Shown: positions 1 to 9,439 of the stretch, piece after piece | How positions within the stretch are numbered: the stretch's first letter is position 1 | How the letters are laid out: every line of letters begins with the position of its first letter | Source: an uncultured delta proteobacterium | Lineage (GTDB): Bacteria; Myxococcota_A; UBA9160; UBA4427 | DNA length: 64,000 bases | Direction: 5' to 3' | NCBI GenBank assembly: GCA_963822965.1 | Contig: CAWGJT010000010.1 | Coordinates: forward strand, 704,001-768,000 | Notes under the pieces: model-generated | Told to the model about the DNA's origin: nothing | What the model saw: only the letters and a program-made list of their open reading frames with translations | Databases searched by the model: none | Made by a program: the position numbers and the translations under genes

Positions 1-446
1 TCGCCCTGGTTGCCGAAGCCCGAGACCGAGACGTAGATGACCGCCGGGTCGACGGCGGCGATCGCCTCGTAGCCCAGGCCGAGGCGGTCCATGGCTCCCG
101 GCGTGAAGTTCTCCGCGACGATGTCGAAGTGCGGGACCAGGCGCTTGAAGAGCGCGGCACCCTCGGGCTTCTTCAGGTCGATGCCGATGCTCTGCTTGCC
201 GAGGTTGTTGCGCAGGTAGGTGGCGCCGACGCGCCGGCCGTCCACGTCCGTGAGCCAGGGCTGGGCCCCGCGCCCGGACTCGCCGTGCACGGGGTGCTCC
301 ACCTTGACCACTCGAGCGCCGAGGTGACCCATGAGCTGGGTCGCATAGGGGAGCGCCTGCATCTGCTCGGCGGCCAGGATGCGCACCCCGTCCAGCGGCT
401 TTCCCCACTGCAGACGCTCGCGCTTGCGGATCTCCCCGATTCGCAC
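1..446 (-). CDS. CaiB/BaiF family CoA-transferase (3' end runs off the window)
   Basis: Manual translation from GTG at 446: MRIGEIRKRERLQWGKPLDGVRILAAEQMQALPYATQLMGHLGARVVKVEHP...NNLGKQSIGIDLK...VAENFTPG...YVSVSGFG; close paralog of the adjacent gene; absent from the ORF track because it is truncated. Confidence 0.9.
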   Translation of the reverse strand, partial: MRIGEIRKRERLQWGKPLDGVRILAAEQMQALPYATQLMGHLGARVVKVEHPVHGESGRGAQPWLTDVDGRRVGATYLRNNLGKQSIGIDLKKPEGAALFKRLVPHFDIVAENFTPGAMDRLGLGYEAIAAVDPAVIYVSVSGFGNQG

Positions 447-495
447 GGGCGGGAGTATACGCACTCGCCCCGCACGCCGAAGCCGCGACGTCGCT

Positions 496-1743
496 TCAGG
501 CGATGACCCCCTCCGCGCGCAGGCTCGCGATCTCCTCGTCGCTGATGCCCGGGGCCTCCCGCAGCACCGCGTCCGTGTGCTCGCCCAGCATCGGGAAGCG
601 GCGGACCGGACCCTCGGCGACCCGGGAGAGCTTCACCGGGTTGCCCACGACCTGCAGGGGCTCGGGGGCGTCGGGGCGCGGGACCTCGATCAGCATGTTT
701 CGCGCCTCCACGTGCGGGTCCTTGCGGAGATCGTCGGCGGTGTTGCTGGGGCCGGCCGCGACGCCCTGCCGGCACAGCTCCTGGCAGGCTTCGAGCTTGC
801 TGCGGCTCGCCGCCCAGGCCTCGATGGCCGGGCGGAAGATCGGCTCGATGTACCGGTGCCAGTCCTCGCGTCGGGCGAAACGCGGATCGTCCTTCCAACC
901 AGGCTCGCCGATCGCGTCGGCGAGCTGGTGCAGATGGTGGTCGCGGATCACCTCGATCACGAAGTAGCCGTCCCGGGCGCGGAAGCTGTCGATGATCCAG
1001 GGGCCGCCCCCGGCGATGCTCGGCACCCCCATGGAGGCCATGAAGGGCACGAGGTCGGCCATGGCGATCATGGCGTCGTACATGGCGATGTCCACGTGCT
1101 GGCCGAGCCCCGTGCGCTCCCGATGGCGCAGCGCCGAGAGCGTTCCGATCACGGCGAACATGGCGCTGCCGATGTCGCCCAGGGCCCCGGCCACGAGGGG
1201 CCGCGGTCGTTCGTCCTCGCTGCGTCGGTTCTGCTCGTAGAAGCCCGCCATCGCCTCCGGGATGGGCGCGTAGGCGGGCCACGACGCATAGGGGCTCGGC
1301 GCCAGGTTCCCGAAGCCCGAGACCGAAACGTAGACGATGCGCGGATGGGCGGCGGACACGGTCGCGTAGTCGAGCCCCAGGCGCGCCATGGTGCCGGGCT
1401 TGAAGTTCTCGGCCACCACGTCGAAGCCCGCGGCGAGCCGCAGGAACAGATCGCGCCCGCGCGGCGACTTGAGGTCGATCCCGATGCTCCGCTTGGAGAG
1501 GTTGTTGCGGAGGTAGGTGGCGCCCACCTCCCGGCCGTCGAGGTCTCGCAGGGCCGGGCGCGATCCCCGGGCCGAATCTCCGGTCTTGGGGTGCTCCACC
1601 TTGACGACGTCGGCGCCGAGGTGCGCCATGAGCTGGGTCGCGTAGGGGAGGGCCTGCATCTGCTCGGCAGCCAGGATGCGCACGCCGTCGAGCGGCTTCC
1701 CAAAGCCGCCGCGTTCGGCTTCCCGCACCTCGTCGATTCGCAT
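496..1743 (-). CDS. CaiB/BaiF family CoA-transferase
   Basis: ATG 1743 MRIDEV...; motifs PLDGVRIL, GADVVKVE, NNLSKRSIGIDLK, ENFKPG, SVSGFG, GQHVDIAM, PMLGEHT. Confidence 0.92.
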   Translation of the reverse strand: MRIDEVREAERGGFGKPLDGVRILAAEQMQALPYATQLMAHLGADVVKVEHPKTGDSARGSRPALRDLDGREVGATYLRNNLSKRSIGIDLKSPRGRDLFLRLAAGFDVVAENFKPGTMARLGLDYATVSAAHPRIVYVSVSGFGNLAPSPYASWPAYAPIPEAMAGFYEQNRRSEDERPRPLVAGALGDIGSAMFAVIGTLSALRHRERTGLGQHVDIAMYDAMIAMADLVPFMASMGVPSIAGGGPWIIDSFRARDGYFVIEVIRDHHLHQLADAIGEPGWKDDPRFARREDWHRYIEPIFRPAIEAWAASRSKLEACQELCRQGVAAGPSNTADDLRKDPHVEARNMLIEVPRPDAPEPLQVVGNPVKLSRVAEGPVRRFPMLGEHTDAVLREAPGISDEEIASLRAEGVIA

Positions 1744-1906
1744 CGCTCGTCTCCCGACGGCGCTCGGGCGCGCCGCACGTCTCGCTTGGGGGCTGTCCGA
1801 AGATCCTATACGCTGCGATCCGCCGCTCCGTCGCCGCGGACGGCGTTCGCCCGATTGCGAGCCCGACTCCGAGCCCCGTGCTCGAGCGCCCAGGAGAGGA
1901 CCCTTC

Positions 1907-3088
1907 GTGGACTTCGAGCTTACCGAAGAGGAGCGACGCTTCGAGCACGAGGTCGAGTGCTTCCTGACCGAGAACCACTCGGACGACGTCATGGACGCCA
2001 ACCCCGAGCAGCTCTCGCAGACCGTCGAGACGCCCGCGAAGCGCGCCTTCATGCGCAAGCTCGCCGAGCAGGGCTGGCTGGGCATGTCGTGGCCCGCAGA
2101 GTACGGCGGCGCCGAGCGCGCCGGCATCTACGACTTCGTGCTCACCGAGGCGCTCTCGCGGGTGGGTGCGCCCCAGCCCGGCAAGGGCGTGGGCATCGTG
2201 GGCAAGACCATCATCCGGCACGGCAACGAGCGGCTGAAGTCGTACTTCCTGCCGCGCATCATCCGTGGCGAGGTCGAGTTCGCCATCGGCTACAGCGAGC
2301 CGGGCGCCGGCTCCGACGCCGCGGCCATGCAGCTGCGGGCCACGCGCGACGAGGCCCGCGGCGGCTGGGTGCTGAACGGGCACAAGATCTGGACCACGTC
2401 AGCGCACTTCGCGGACTGGTACTGGCTGGGGGCCCGGACCGACCCGGCCTCGAAGCACGGGGGCATCAGCCTGTTCATGATCCCCATGGACCACCCGGGC
2501 CTGGAGATCCACCCCACCTGGACCATCGGCGACGAGCGCACCAACGAGGTCTACTTCGACGACGTCTTCGTCGAGGACGACTTCGTGGTGGGCGAGGTGG
2601 GACGGGGCTGGACCTACATCTGCGAGGCCCTGGATCTCGAGCGCTTCGCGATGCTGCCGGTCGGGCCCCACGAGATGAAGATCCAGGCCCTCTGCGACTA
2701 CCTGAAGAGCGCCACCCGCGACGGCGAGCCCCTGCGAGACGATCCCGTCGTGCGGAGCCGGGTCGCCCACCTGGTGGCCGGGCTGGAGGTGGCTCGCATG
2801 CTGCAGCGACGCGTGATCAGCGAGGCCCTGAAGAGCCGCATCCCCACCGTCGAGTCGGCGATGTACAAGCTCTTCCAGTCCGAGTTGGGGCAGCGGGTGG
2901 CGAACGCCGCCCTGGACCTGATCGGACCGGGCGGGCAGCTCAAGCCCGAGACGCCGGGCGCACCGGTGGGCGGTCGCTTCGAGCGGTCGTACCGCTACAC
3001 GGTGGTCGACACCATCGGCGGCGGCACGTCGGAGATCCAGAAGAACATCATCGCCCGCCGCGGCCTCGGGCTGCCCAAGTGCTTCTGA
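1907..3088 (+). CDS. Acyl-CoA dehydrogenase (FadE26/FadE29-like, catalytic alpha-type subunit)
   Basis: GTG 1907 after AGGAGAGG; motifs WPAEYGG, FAIGYSEPGAGSD, LNGHKIWTT, ALDLER, TIGGGTSEIQKNIIARRGLGLP. Confidence 0.9.
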   Translation: MDFELTEEERRFEHEVECFLTENHSDDVMDANPEQLSQTVETPAKRAFMRKLAEQGWLGMSWPAEYGGAERAGIYDFVLTEALSRVGAPQPGKGVGIVGKTIIRHGNERLKSYFLPRIIRGEVEFAIGYSEPGAGSDAAAMQLRATRDEARGGWVLNGHKIWTTSAHFADWYWLGARTDPASKHGGISLFMIPMDHPGLEIHPTWTIGDERTNEVYFDDVFVEDDFVVGEVGRGWTYICEALDLERFAMLPVGPHEMKIQALCDYLKSATRDGEPLRDDPVVRSRVAHLVAGLEVARMLQRRVISEALKSRIPTVESAMYKLFQSELGQRVANAALDLIGPGGQLKPETPGAPVGGRFERSYRYTVVDTIGGGTSEIQKNIIARRGLGLPKCF

Positions 3089-3107
3089 GCGCAGGCGGAG
3101 CCGGGAC

Positions 3108-3986
3108 TTGAAGGTCCATCTGGTCGACGCGACGTTCGAGCTCTTCCGCGCCTTCTTCGGCGCACCCGAGGCGAAGGCGCCCGACGGCCGCGAGGTGGGC
3201 GCCACCCGAGGGCTCTTGCGGTCGCTGCTCTCGCTCCTTCGGGAGCGGGACGTCACCCACGTGGCCTGCGCGTTCGACACGGTGATCGAGTCGTTCCGCA
3301 ACGATCTCTTCGCCGGCTACAAGCGCGGCGACGGCATCGACGAGGCCCTGCTGGCGCAGTTTCCGCTGGCCGAAGCGGGCTGTCGCGCCCTGGGCCTCAC
3401 GACCTGGAGCCTGATCGAGTTCGAAGCGGACGACGCCCTCGCCACCGGCGCCGCTCGCTACGGCACCGACGCCGCGGTGGAGCAGGTGGTGCTGTGTTCG
3501 CCCGACAAGGACCTGTGCCAGTGCGTGATCGGCGACCGCGTGGTGTGCCTCGATCGCGTGCGGCGCACGCGCCGCGACGAGGCGGGCGTCTGGCAGAAGT
3601 TCGGCGTCGCACCGGCGTCGATCCCGGACTACCTGGCCCTCGTGGGGGACAGCGCGGACGGCATTCCCGGCATCGCGGGCTGGGGGGCGAAGTCGACGGC
3701 CAGCGTGCTCGCCCACTACGGGCACCTGGAGGCGATTCCGGACGACGCGTCCGCCTGGGCGGTGAAGCCCCGGGGCGCCGCGCGGCTCGCGGAGAACCTG
3801 GCTGCGAACCGCGAGCCGGCCGGCCTCTACAAGCGACTCGCGACCCTGCGCGAGGACGTGCCCCTCCCCGAGAGTCTCGACGACCTGCGCTGGCGCGGCG
3901 CGCGGCGGGACGCGCTGACGCGCTTCTGCGAAGAGCTGGGCGACGCCCGCCTGCTCGAGCGGGTGCCGCGCTTCGCGGACGGCTGA
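3108..3986 (+). CDS. Stand-alone 5'-3' exonuclease / flap endonuclease (PolA N-terminal-like)
   Basis: HLVDAT, FRNDLFAGYK, EADDALAT, SPDKDLCQ, LVGDSADGIPGIAGWGAKS (H3TH) motifs. Confidence 0.9.
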   Translation: MKVHLVDATFELFRAFFGAPEAKAPDGREVGATRGLLRSLLSLLRERDVTHVACAFDTVIESFRNDLFAGYKRGDGIDEALLAQFPLAEAGCRALGLTTWSLIEFEADDALATGAARYGTDAAVEQVVLCSPDKDLCQCVIGDRVVCLDRVRRTRRDEAGVWQKFGVAPASIPDYLALVGDSADGIPGIAGWGAKSTASVLAHYGHLEAIPDDASAWAVKPRGAARLAENLAANREPAGLYKRLATLREDVPLPESLDDLRWRGARRDALTRFCEELGDARLLERVPRFADG

Positions 3987-4016
3987 AGGCCGGCTGCGAA
4001 GCGCCGCGGGACTGGC

Positions 4017-4604
4017 TCAGCCGTTCTCGCGGCTCCGGCGCAACGCGGCCGACACGTGGGCCCAGTTGGCGCGCGGGCTCCAGGTGGCACGCCAGTTGCT
4101 CGCACCCCCGAGTGGTGGCCGTGCCGCGCCCCGGGCGTAGTCCGCCGGCCAGCCGCCGGGAAGGCTCCCGAAGACGCGGTCCCAGAAGCGCGTCGTCACC
4201 CCGTGGTAGGCGCGGGGGTTCACGAAGTGGTGCGCCAGGTGGTGCGCGCGCAGCCGCTCCTGGCGGCGCGTGCGCGGCGCGCGGAAGTGGATGCGCCAGT
4301 GCACGTGCTCGTAGCGCGCGAATCCGGCCAGCAGACCCGCGAGCGCCGCCCCGGCGTGCAGGGGGCCGAGGGCGAGCGCCAGGGCGGCGAACACGACCAG
4401 CGCCGTGGGCACCCAGGCGATGGGCGAGGTGAAGACCGCCGCCGGCGTGCGGTGGTGCCCCCAGTGCAGCGGCGAGACGGGCGTGCGGAAGCGGTGCGCC
4501 AGCAGGCCGTGGATCGCGTACTCGACGAAGCTCCAGGAGAGCCAGCCGAGCAGCGCCGCGACGGCGAGGGTCGCGGGAAGCGACGAGAGCCATGCGAGGT
4601 CCAT
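4017..4604 (-). CDS. Sterol desaturase / fatty acid hydroxylase family membrane protein
   Basis: His boxes EYAIHGLLAH, HWGHH, YEHVHWRIH, HHLAHHF and YHGVTTRFWDRVFGS; ATG 4604. Confidence 0.85.
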   Translation of the reverse strand: MDLAWLSSLPATLAVAALLGWLSWSFVEYAIHGLLAHRFRTPVSPLHWGHHRTPAAVFTSPIAWVPTALVVFAALALALGPLHAGAALAGLLAGFARYEHVHWRIHFRAPRTRRQERLRAHHLAHHFVNPRAYHGVTTRFWDRVFGSLPGGWPADYARGAARPPLGGASNWRATWSPRANWAHVSAALRRSRENG

Positions 4605-4615
4605 CGGGCGGAAGG

Positions 4616-4659
4616 CTAGCCCTGATCCGTCATACGGATCAGGGCGCAACTCCCAATGC
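4616..4659. repeat. 44-bp hairpin-containing repeat, copy 1
   Basis: Perfect 12-bp stem GCCCTGATCCGT-CAT-ACGGATCAGGGC (4619-4645); reverse complement matches 45403-45445 with 2 substitutions and 1 gap. Confidence 0.85.
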
Positions 4660-4878
4660 TGTTCGGATTCACGCGGCTGCGCGGTCCGAGTCTGGCACCC
4701 GGATCTCCGGTCGGCTCCTGCCGGAGCGCAGCGCACCGGCAGGTCTCGGTCCACGGGCGCCGCGGGCGCCGCTGGCTTCGAGACGCGTCATGACCTAACC
4801 GTCCCGGGCCGGGGATCCCGCGCCCGCGGGAGGGAAGCCCGGGTCGCCCACTCGAAGAAGCAGCCACCTGGAGACGAG

Positions 4879-6048
4879 ATGGTCCAGCCCGACCCGCGCG
4901 ACGCGAAGCCCTGCAAACAGCTCGAGGCGGCGCGCGAGCTGCGCAGCCTGATCGATGCCAACGCCCGCAGGACGGGCTCCCGTGAGCTTGCCCGGGAGAC
5001 CGTGGAGGCCATGCGCCAGGCCGGGCTCTTCGGCGTCGTGAGCCCGCGCGAGGTGGGTGGCAGCGAGCTGCCGCTGCAGGACGTGCTCGACGTCTTCGAA
5101 GAGGTCGCGCGGGCGGACGGCTCGGCCGGCTGGTGCCTCATGGCCGGCGCAACCACCGTGGCCTACTTCGGGTCGTACTGCGAGCAGGGCTTCGTGGACC
5201 GGATGTTCGCCGGCGGGGTTCCCCTGGCGGCAGGCCAGTTCGCGCCCAACGGAACCGGCGTGCGGGAGGACGGCGGCTTCCGCATCACGGGTCGCTACCA
5301 GTTCGGCAGCGGCATTCACACCGCGGAGTGGGTGGGCGCGGGAATCCTCGTGCCGCCGGTCGAAGGCTCGGGCGACGCCTCGGAGTTCCGGTTCGCGGTG
5401 GTGCCGAAGGAGGAGGTCGAGCTGCGGGGCAACTGGGACGTGCTCGGGCTCCAGAGCACCGCGAGCTACGACTACGCGATCGACGGCGTGTGGGCGCCCG
5501 AGCACGCGACCTTCCTGTTCGCGGCGCCCACGCGACGGCGCGGCGGGCCGGTGTTCGAGCTGGGCGTGATGACGCTCACCGCCGTGGGCCACGCGGGCTG
5601 GGCGCTGGGTCTCACGCGCCGGGCCCTCGACGAGCTGATGGCCCTCAGCAAGACGAAGGTCCGCATGGGCGCGGGAGCCTTCCTGAAGGACAGCGAGCGG
5701 TTCCTCGACCACCTGGGGCGCATGGAGTCGCGCTACCGCGCCGCCCGCGCCTGGGTCCACCAGGCCTTCGACGCGGCCGAGCGCAACGTGACGAGCCGCG
5801 GTCGGGTGGATCCCACCGAGAGCGTGCTCGTGCGCCAGGCCACCGTCCACGCCACCCACGAGGCCGTGGACGTGATCCACCAGGCCTACCTCCTGGCGGG
5901 CACCACCAGCCTGCGGGACGGGCCCCTGCAGCGCTGCTTCCGGGACATCCACGCGGGCAGCCAGCACTTCTTCGCGAGCCCGGCCGCCACCCTCGAGCTG
6001 GCGCGGAACCTCCTCGAGAGCGCCCCGGACTCCGCGCTCGACGCCTGA
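4879..6048 (+). CDS. Flavin-dependent monooxygenase of acyl-CoA dehydrogenase fold (HsaA/IacA-like)
   Basis: ADGSAGWC, GRYQFGSG, WDVLGLQSTASYD, LQRCFRDIHAGSQH motifs; ATG 4879 with GGAG upstream. Confidence 0.82.
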   Translation: MVQPDPRDAKPCKQLEAARELRSLIDANARRTGSRELARETVEAMRQAGLFGVVSPREVGGSELPLQDVLDVFEEVARADGSAGWCLMAGATTVAYFGSYCEQGFVDRMFAGGVPLAAGQFAPNGTGVREDGGFRITGRYQFGSGIHTAEWVGAGILVPPVEGSGDASEFRFAVVPKEEVELRGNWDVLGLQSTASYDYAIDGVWAPEHATFLFAAPTRRRGGPVFELGVMTLTAVGHAGWALGLTRRALDELMALSKTKVRMGAGAFLKDSERFLDHLGRMESRYRAARAWVHQAFDAAERNVTSRGRVDPTESVLVRQATVHATHEAVDVIHQAYLLAGTTSLRDGPLQRCFRDIHAGSQHFFASPAATLELARNLLESAPDSALDA

Positions 6049-6089
6049 CCGGATGTTGTAGACTGGCGGGCTCCGGAGGAGCCGCGCCC

Positions 6090-6869
6090 ATGACGCCGAT
6101 GCAGAACGGGATCTTCCGCCCGACGCTCCGACGCCTGGCTCCGCTCGTCGCGCTGGGGTGGCTCGTCGGCCTGTCCGGGACGGCGGCCGCGGCCTCCCCG
6201 GCCGACCCCGTCGAAGGCCACTCGGTCCGCATCGTGGGCATCAGCAAGCAGAAGTCGAGCTTCGGGGATCCGATCCGCGGCCTCGATTTTCTCGATCTCT
6301 CGTTTGCGGCGGACACGTTCCAGGCCGACGCCGTCTCCGGCAGCTACGAGCAGCGAGGCCGCCAGCTGCGCTTCCACGTGGATCCGGCGCGCTTGCGGGA
6401 CTACGAGGCTTCGTGGGAAGCGGCCTTCCTGGCCGACCTGCAAGCGCAGGGTCTCGAGCCCGAATCCGTCGCCTGCGAGACGACCCGGTCGAGGGTGAAG
6501 GGCAGGGTGCGGAACGGCCGCGTGAAGTTCACGGCGAGCTACCGCTTCCGGTGCACGGCGAGCGGCCCCTTCGGCGAGATGGACGCCAAGGCCAAGCGGG
6601 TCTTCCGCGGGCGCGGGACGCTCCAGTCGGGGCCGGCGGCGTTGCTGGGGCCGGGCGGCGTCCTGGGGAGCGGCAATGCCGGCCTGGTCGTGTGGATCCC
6701 GGTGCAGCCGTCGCAGACGACCGGCTCGGCAGGGTTCACGTTGGCGGTCGGCGGCGCGGGCCTCGCGGAGGAGCGAAGGGGCATCCGCCCGGAAGATCTC
6801 GAGGACCTCCTCTCCCCTGAAGAGGCGGACGCGCCGGCCACCGAAGAGACGGACGCGCCGGCTCCGTAG
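6090..6869 (+). CDS. Hypothetical secreted protein
   Basis: GGAGG RBS; signal-like N-terminus (RRLAPLVALGWLVGLSGTAAAA); acidic tail with a 24-bp duplication; no family recognised. Confidence 0.6.
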   Translation: MTPMQNGIFRPTLRRLAPLVALGWLVGLSGTAAAASPADPVEGHSVRIVGISKQKSSFGDPIRGLDFLDLSFAADTFQADAVSGSYEQRGRQLRFHVDPARLRDYEASWEAAFLADLQAQGLEPESVACETTRSRVKGRVRNGRVKFTASYRFRCTASGPFGEMDAKAKRVFRGRGTLQSGPAALLGPGGVLGSGNAGLVVWIPVQPSQTTGSAGFTLAVGGAGLAEERRGIRPEDLEDLLSPEEADAPATEETDAPAP

Positions 6870-6912
6870 CGCGGCAGGGCCCCCCGGGTGGCGCCAGCCC
6901 GGGCCGATTTAC

Positions 6913-6932
6913 TATACGCTACGTATCGTATA
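6913..6932. promoter_or_regulatory. Palindromic operator-like site TATACG-N8-CGTATA
   Basis: AT-rich inverted repeat upstream of the 7009 operon; similar sites at 40842 and 43238. Confidence 0.6.
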
Positions 6933-7008
6933 TATTTTGCCGCCACGCCGGGAGCGGGTCGCCGTCCGTCCCGGTCCTCCGCGCACGCCATCCGAGACGA
7001 GGGCTCCC

Positions 7009-8193
7009 ATGAACTTCGAGTTCGATCCCGAGCAGCAGGCCTTCCTGAAGGACGTCATCGCCTTCCTGGACGCGAACGACGACCCGGACGTCTTCGACGT
7101 GACGCGCGAGAACATGGCGCAGATCGTCGACACGCCGAAGCGTCGAGAATTCATGGGCAAGCTCGCGGAACAGGGCTGGCTCGGCATCACCTGGCCGGAG
7201 GAGTACGGCGGGCAGGCCGGGGAGGGCGTCTACGAGTACCTGCTGAACGAGCAGCTCGCCTACCGGGGCGGTCCGCAGATCGGCAAGGGCGTGGGCATCA
7301 TCGGCAAGACGCTCATCCGCCACGGCAACGACCGGCTCAAGAAGGAGTTCCTGCCCAAGATCCTGAACGCCGAGGTGGAGTTCGCGGTGGGATACAGCGA
7401 GCCCCAGGCCGGCTCCGACGCCGCCAACATGCAGCTTCGCGCCGTGCGCGACGAGGAGCGGGGCGGCTGGGTGCTGAACGGCGCCAAGATCTGGACCACC
7501 TCGGCGCACTTCGCGGACTGGTACTGGGTGGGTGCGCGCACGAATCCCGAGAACAAGCACCGGGGCATCACGCTCTTCCTGGTGCCCATGGACCATCCCG
7601 GTCTCACCGTGCAGGGCATCCCCACCATCGGCGACGAGATCACGAACTCGGTCTTCTTCGAGGACGTCTTCGTCCCCGACGACTACGTGGTGGGCGAGGT
7701 CGACTCGGGCTTCCAGTACATCTCCGAGGCCCTCGACCTCGAGCGCTTCACGATGTTCACCTACTCGCCCATCCAGCAGCGGCTGGAGGTGCTGATCGAC
7801 CACGTGAAGAACGGCACCAAGGACGGCGAGCCCCTGAAGAACGACCCGGTCGTGCGGCAGAAGATCGCGCGCCTCGTCACCGAGGGCGAGGTGGCGCGGG
7901 TGCTGGGCCTGCGCTTCGTCTCGAAGGCCGGCGTCGGCAACAAGCCGCCCACCGCCGAGGCGTCCATGTACAAGCTCTTCGCGACCACGCTGTCGAAGAA
8001 GCTCGCCAACGACTCCATGGACATCGGGGGGGTCGGCGCGCAGCTGCGCGTGCGGACCGAGGAGGCGCCCATGCAGGGCCGCGCTGAGTCCACCTACCGC
8101 TACACGGTGATCGACACCATCGGCGGCGGCGCGTCGGAGATCCAGAAGAACATCCTGGCTCGGCGCCACCTGGGCCTGCCGAAGAACTTTTGA
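7009..8193 (+). CDS. Acyl-CoA dehydrogenase (FadE29/FadE26-like alpha subunit)
   Basis: MNFEFDPEQ..., FAVGYSEPQAGSD, KIWTTSAHFADWYW, ALDLERF, TIGGGASEIQKNILARRHLGLP; paralog of 1907-3088. Confidence 0.9.
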   Translation: MNFEFDPEQQAFLKDVIAFLDANDDPDVFDVTRENMAQIVDTPKRREFMGKLAEQGWLGITWPEEYGGQAGEGVYEYLLNEQLAYRGGPQIGKGVGIIGKTLIRHGNDRLKKEFLPKILNAEVEFAVGYSEPQAGSDAANMQLRAVRDEERGGWVLNGAKIWTTSAHFADWYWVGARTNPENKHRGITLFLVPMDHPGLTVQGIPTIGDEITNSVFFEDVFVPDDYVVGEVDSGFQYISEALDLERFTMFTYSPIQQRLEVLIDHVKNGTKDGEPLKNDPVVRQKIARLVTEGEVARVLGLRFVSKAGVGNKPPTAEASMYKLFATTLSKKLANDSMDIGGVGAQLRVRTEEAPMQGRAESTYRYTVIDTIGGGASEIQKNILARRHLGLPKNF

Positions 8194-9389
8194 CCCCGGC
8201 CCTGGCGGACCCGCGGATGCCCGACTCCACTCCCATGCTCGGCGGGATCACCGTGCTCGATCTCGCGAGCGTCGGTCCGGCGGCGCGTGCCTCGCGCATG
8301 CTGGCCGACTACGGCGCCCGGGTGGTCAAGATCGGACCCACGAGCCGCAAGGGGGCCGTGCAGATCCAGCCCGCCTACCACACCTACGGAGCGGGTCGCG
8401 GGCTCTCGCGCATGCGCATCGACCTCAAGTCCGCCGGCGGCCGCGAGGCCTTCCTGCGCCTGGCCGAGAAGGCGGACGTGGTGATCGAGAGCTACCGGCC
8501 GGGCGTCGTGAAGCGCCTCGGCATCGGCTACGAGGAAGTGGCGCGCCGCAACCCGCGCATCGTCTACTGCCAGACGAGCGGCTACGGCCAGGACGGCCCC
8601 GCCGCGGCCTGGGCCGGGCACGACATCAACTATCTCGCCATGGCGGGCTTCCTGGCCTGCAGCGAGCCGCGCGCCGACGGCGGCCCGCCGATCCCCGGCG
8701 CCACCGTGGCGGACAGCGCCGGCGGCGGCATGCACGCGGTCATCGCGATCCTGGCTGCCCTGGTGCGGCGCGCCGCGACGGGCGAAGGGGCCTGCCTCGA
8801 CGTGGCGGCGACCGAGGGCGTGCTCTCCCTGATGTCGCTCTCGGTCGACCAGTACCTGGCGACCGGCGAGGTGGCGGGGCCGCGCCAGACGCTGCTCACG
8901 GGTCGCTACGCGTGCTACGACGTCTACCCCTGCCGGGACGGACGCTGGATCTCGGTGGGCGCCATCGAGCCGCACTTCTTCGCGAACCTGTGCCGCCTGC
9001 TCGAGCTGCCGCAGTACGCCGAGAGGCAGCACGACGACGACGTCCAGGACGAGATGCGGAAGGCCTTCGCCGACCGCTTCCGCACCCGCACCCAGGAGGA
9101 GTGGGTGGCGCTGCTGGCCCCGGCGGACACCTGCGTGGCGCCGGTGCGGACCATCCCCGAGCTCGTCCACGACCCGCACCTGCGCGCCCGGGGCGCCTTC
9201 GTGCCGGCCGTGCATCCCGAGGCCGGGCCCTTCGAGCAGACCGCCGCCGTGCTGGCGGGTGGTCTCCGGAACACGCCGCCGCACCGGGTGCGGCCCGCGG
9301 ACGAGAGCGACGCGAACGAGCTTCTGCAGCACGCCGGCCTGGCGCTCGACGAGATCGAGAAGCTCCGGGCCGAGGGCTGCATCGAGTAG
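8190..9389 (+). CDS. CaiB family protein, alpha-methylacyl-CoA racemase-like (start 8190, 8217 or 8235)
   Basis: Family III CoA-transferase fold with the racemase signature AGHDINYLA and GAIEPHFF. Confidence 0.82.
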   Translation: MTPALADPRMPDSTPMLGGITVLDLASVGPAARASRMLADYGARVVKIGPTSRKGAVQIQPAYHTYGAGRGLSRMRIDLKSAGGREAFLRLAEKADVVIESYRPGVVKRLGIGYEEVARRNPRIVYCQTSGYGQDGPAAAWAGHDINYLAMAGFLACSEPRADGGPPIPGATVADSAGGGMHAVIAILAALVRRAATGEGACLDVAATEGVLSLMSLSVDQYLATGEVAGPRQTLLTGRYACYDVYPCRDGRWISVGAIEPHFFANLCRLLELPQYAERQHDDDVQDEMRKAFADRFRTRTQEEWVALLAPADTCVAPVRTIPELVHDPHLRARGAFVPAVHPEAGPFEQTAAVLAGGLRNTPPHRVRPADESDANELLQHAGLALDEIEKLRAEGCIE

Positions 9390-9439
9390 GCCCGAGAAGG
9401 GTCCTTTCGCCCCGGGAGGGGCCAGGGAGGCAAACGCGC

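Noticed and set aside
4631..4642. CATACGGATCAG in the hairpin repeat resembles CATACGGATCGG at 43237
   Set aside because: It is only a 12-nt match and lacks the CGTAT second half-site, so it cannot be distinguished from chance.
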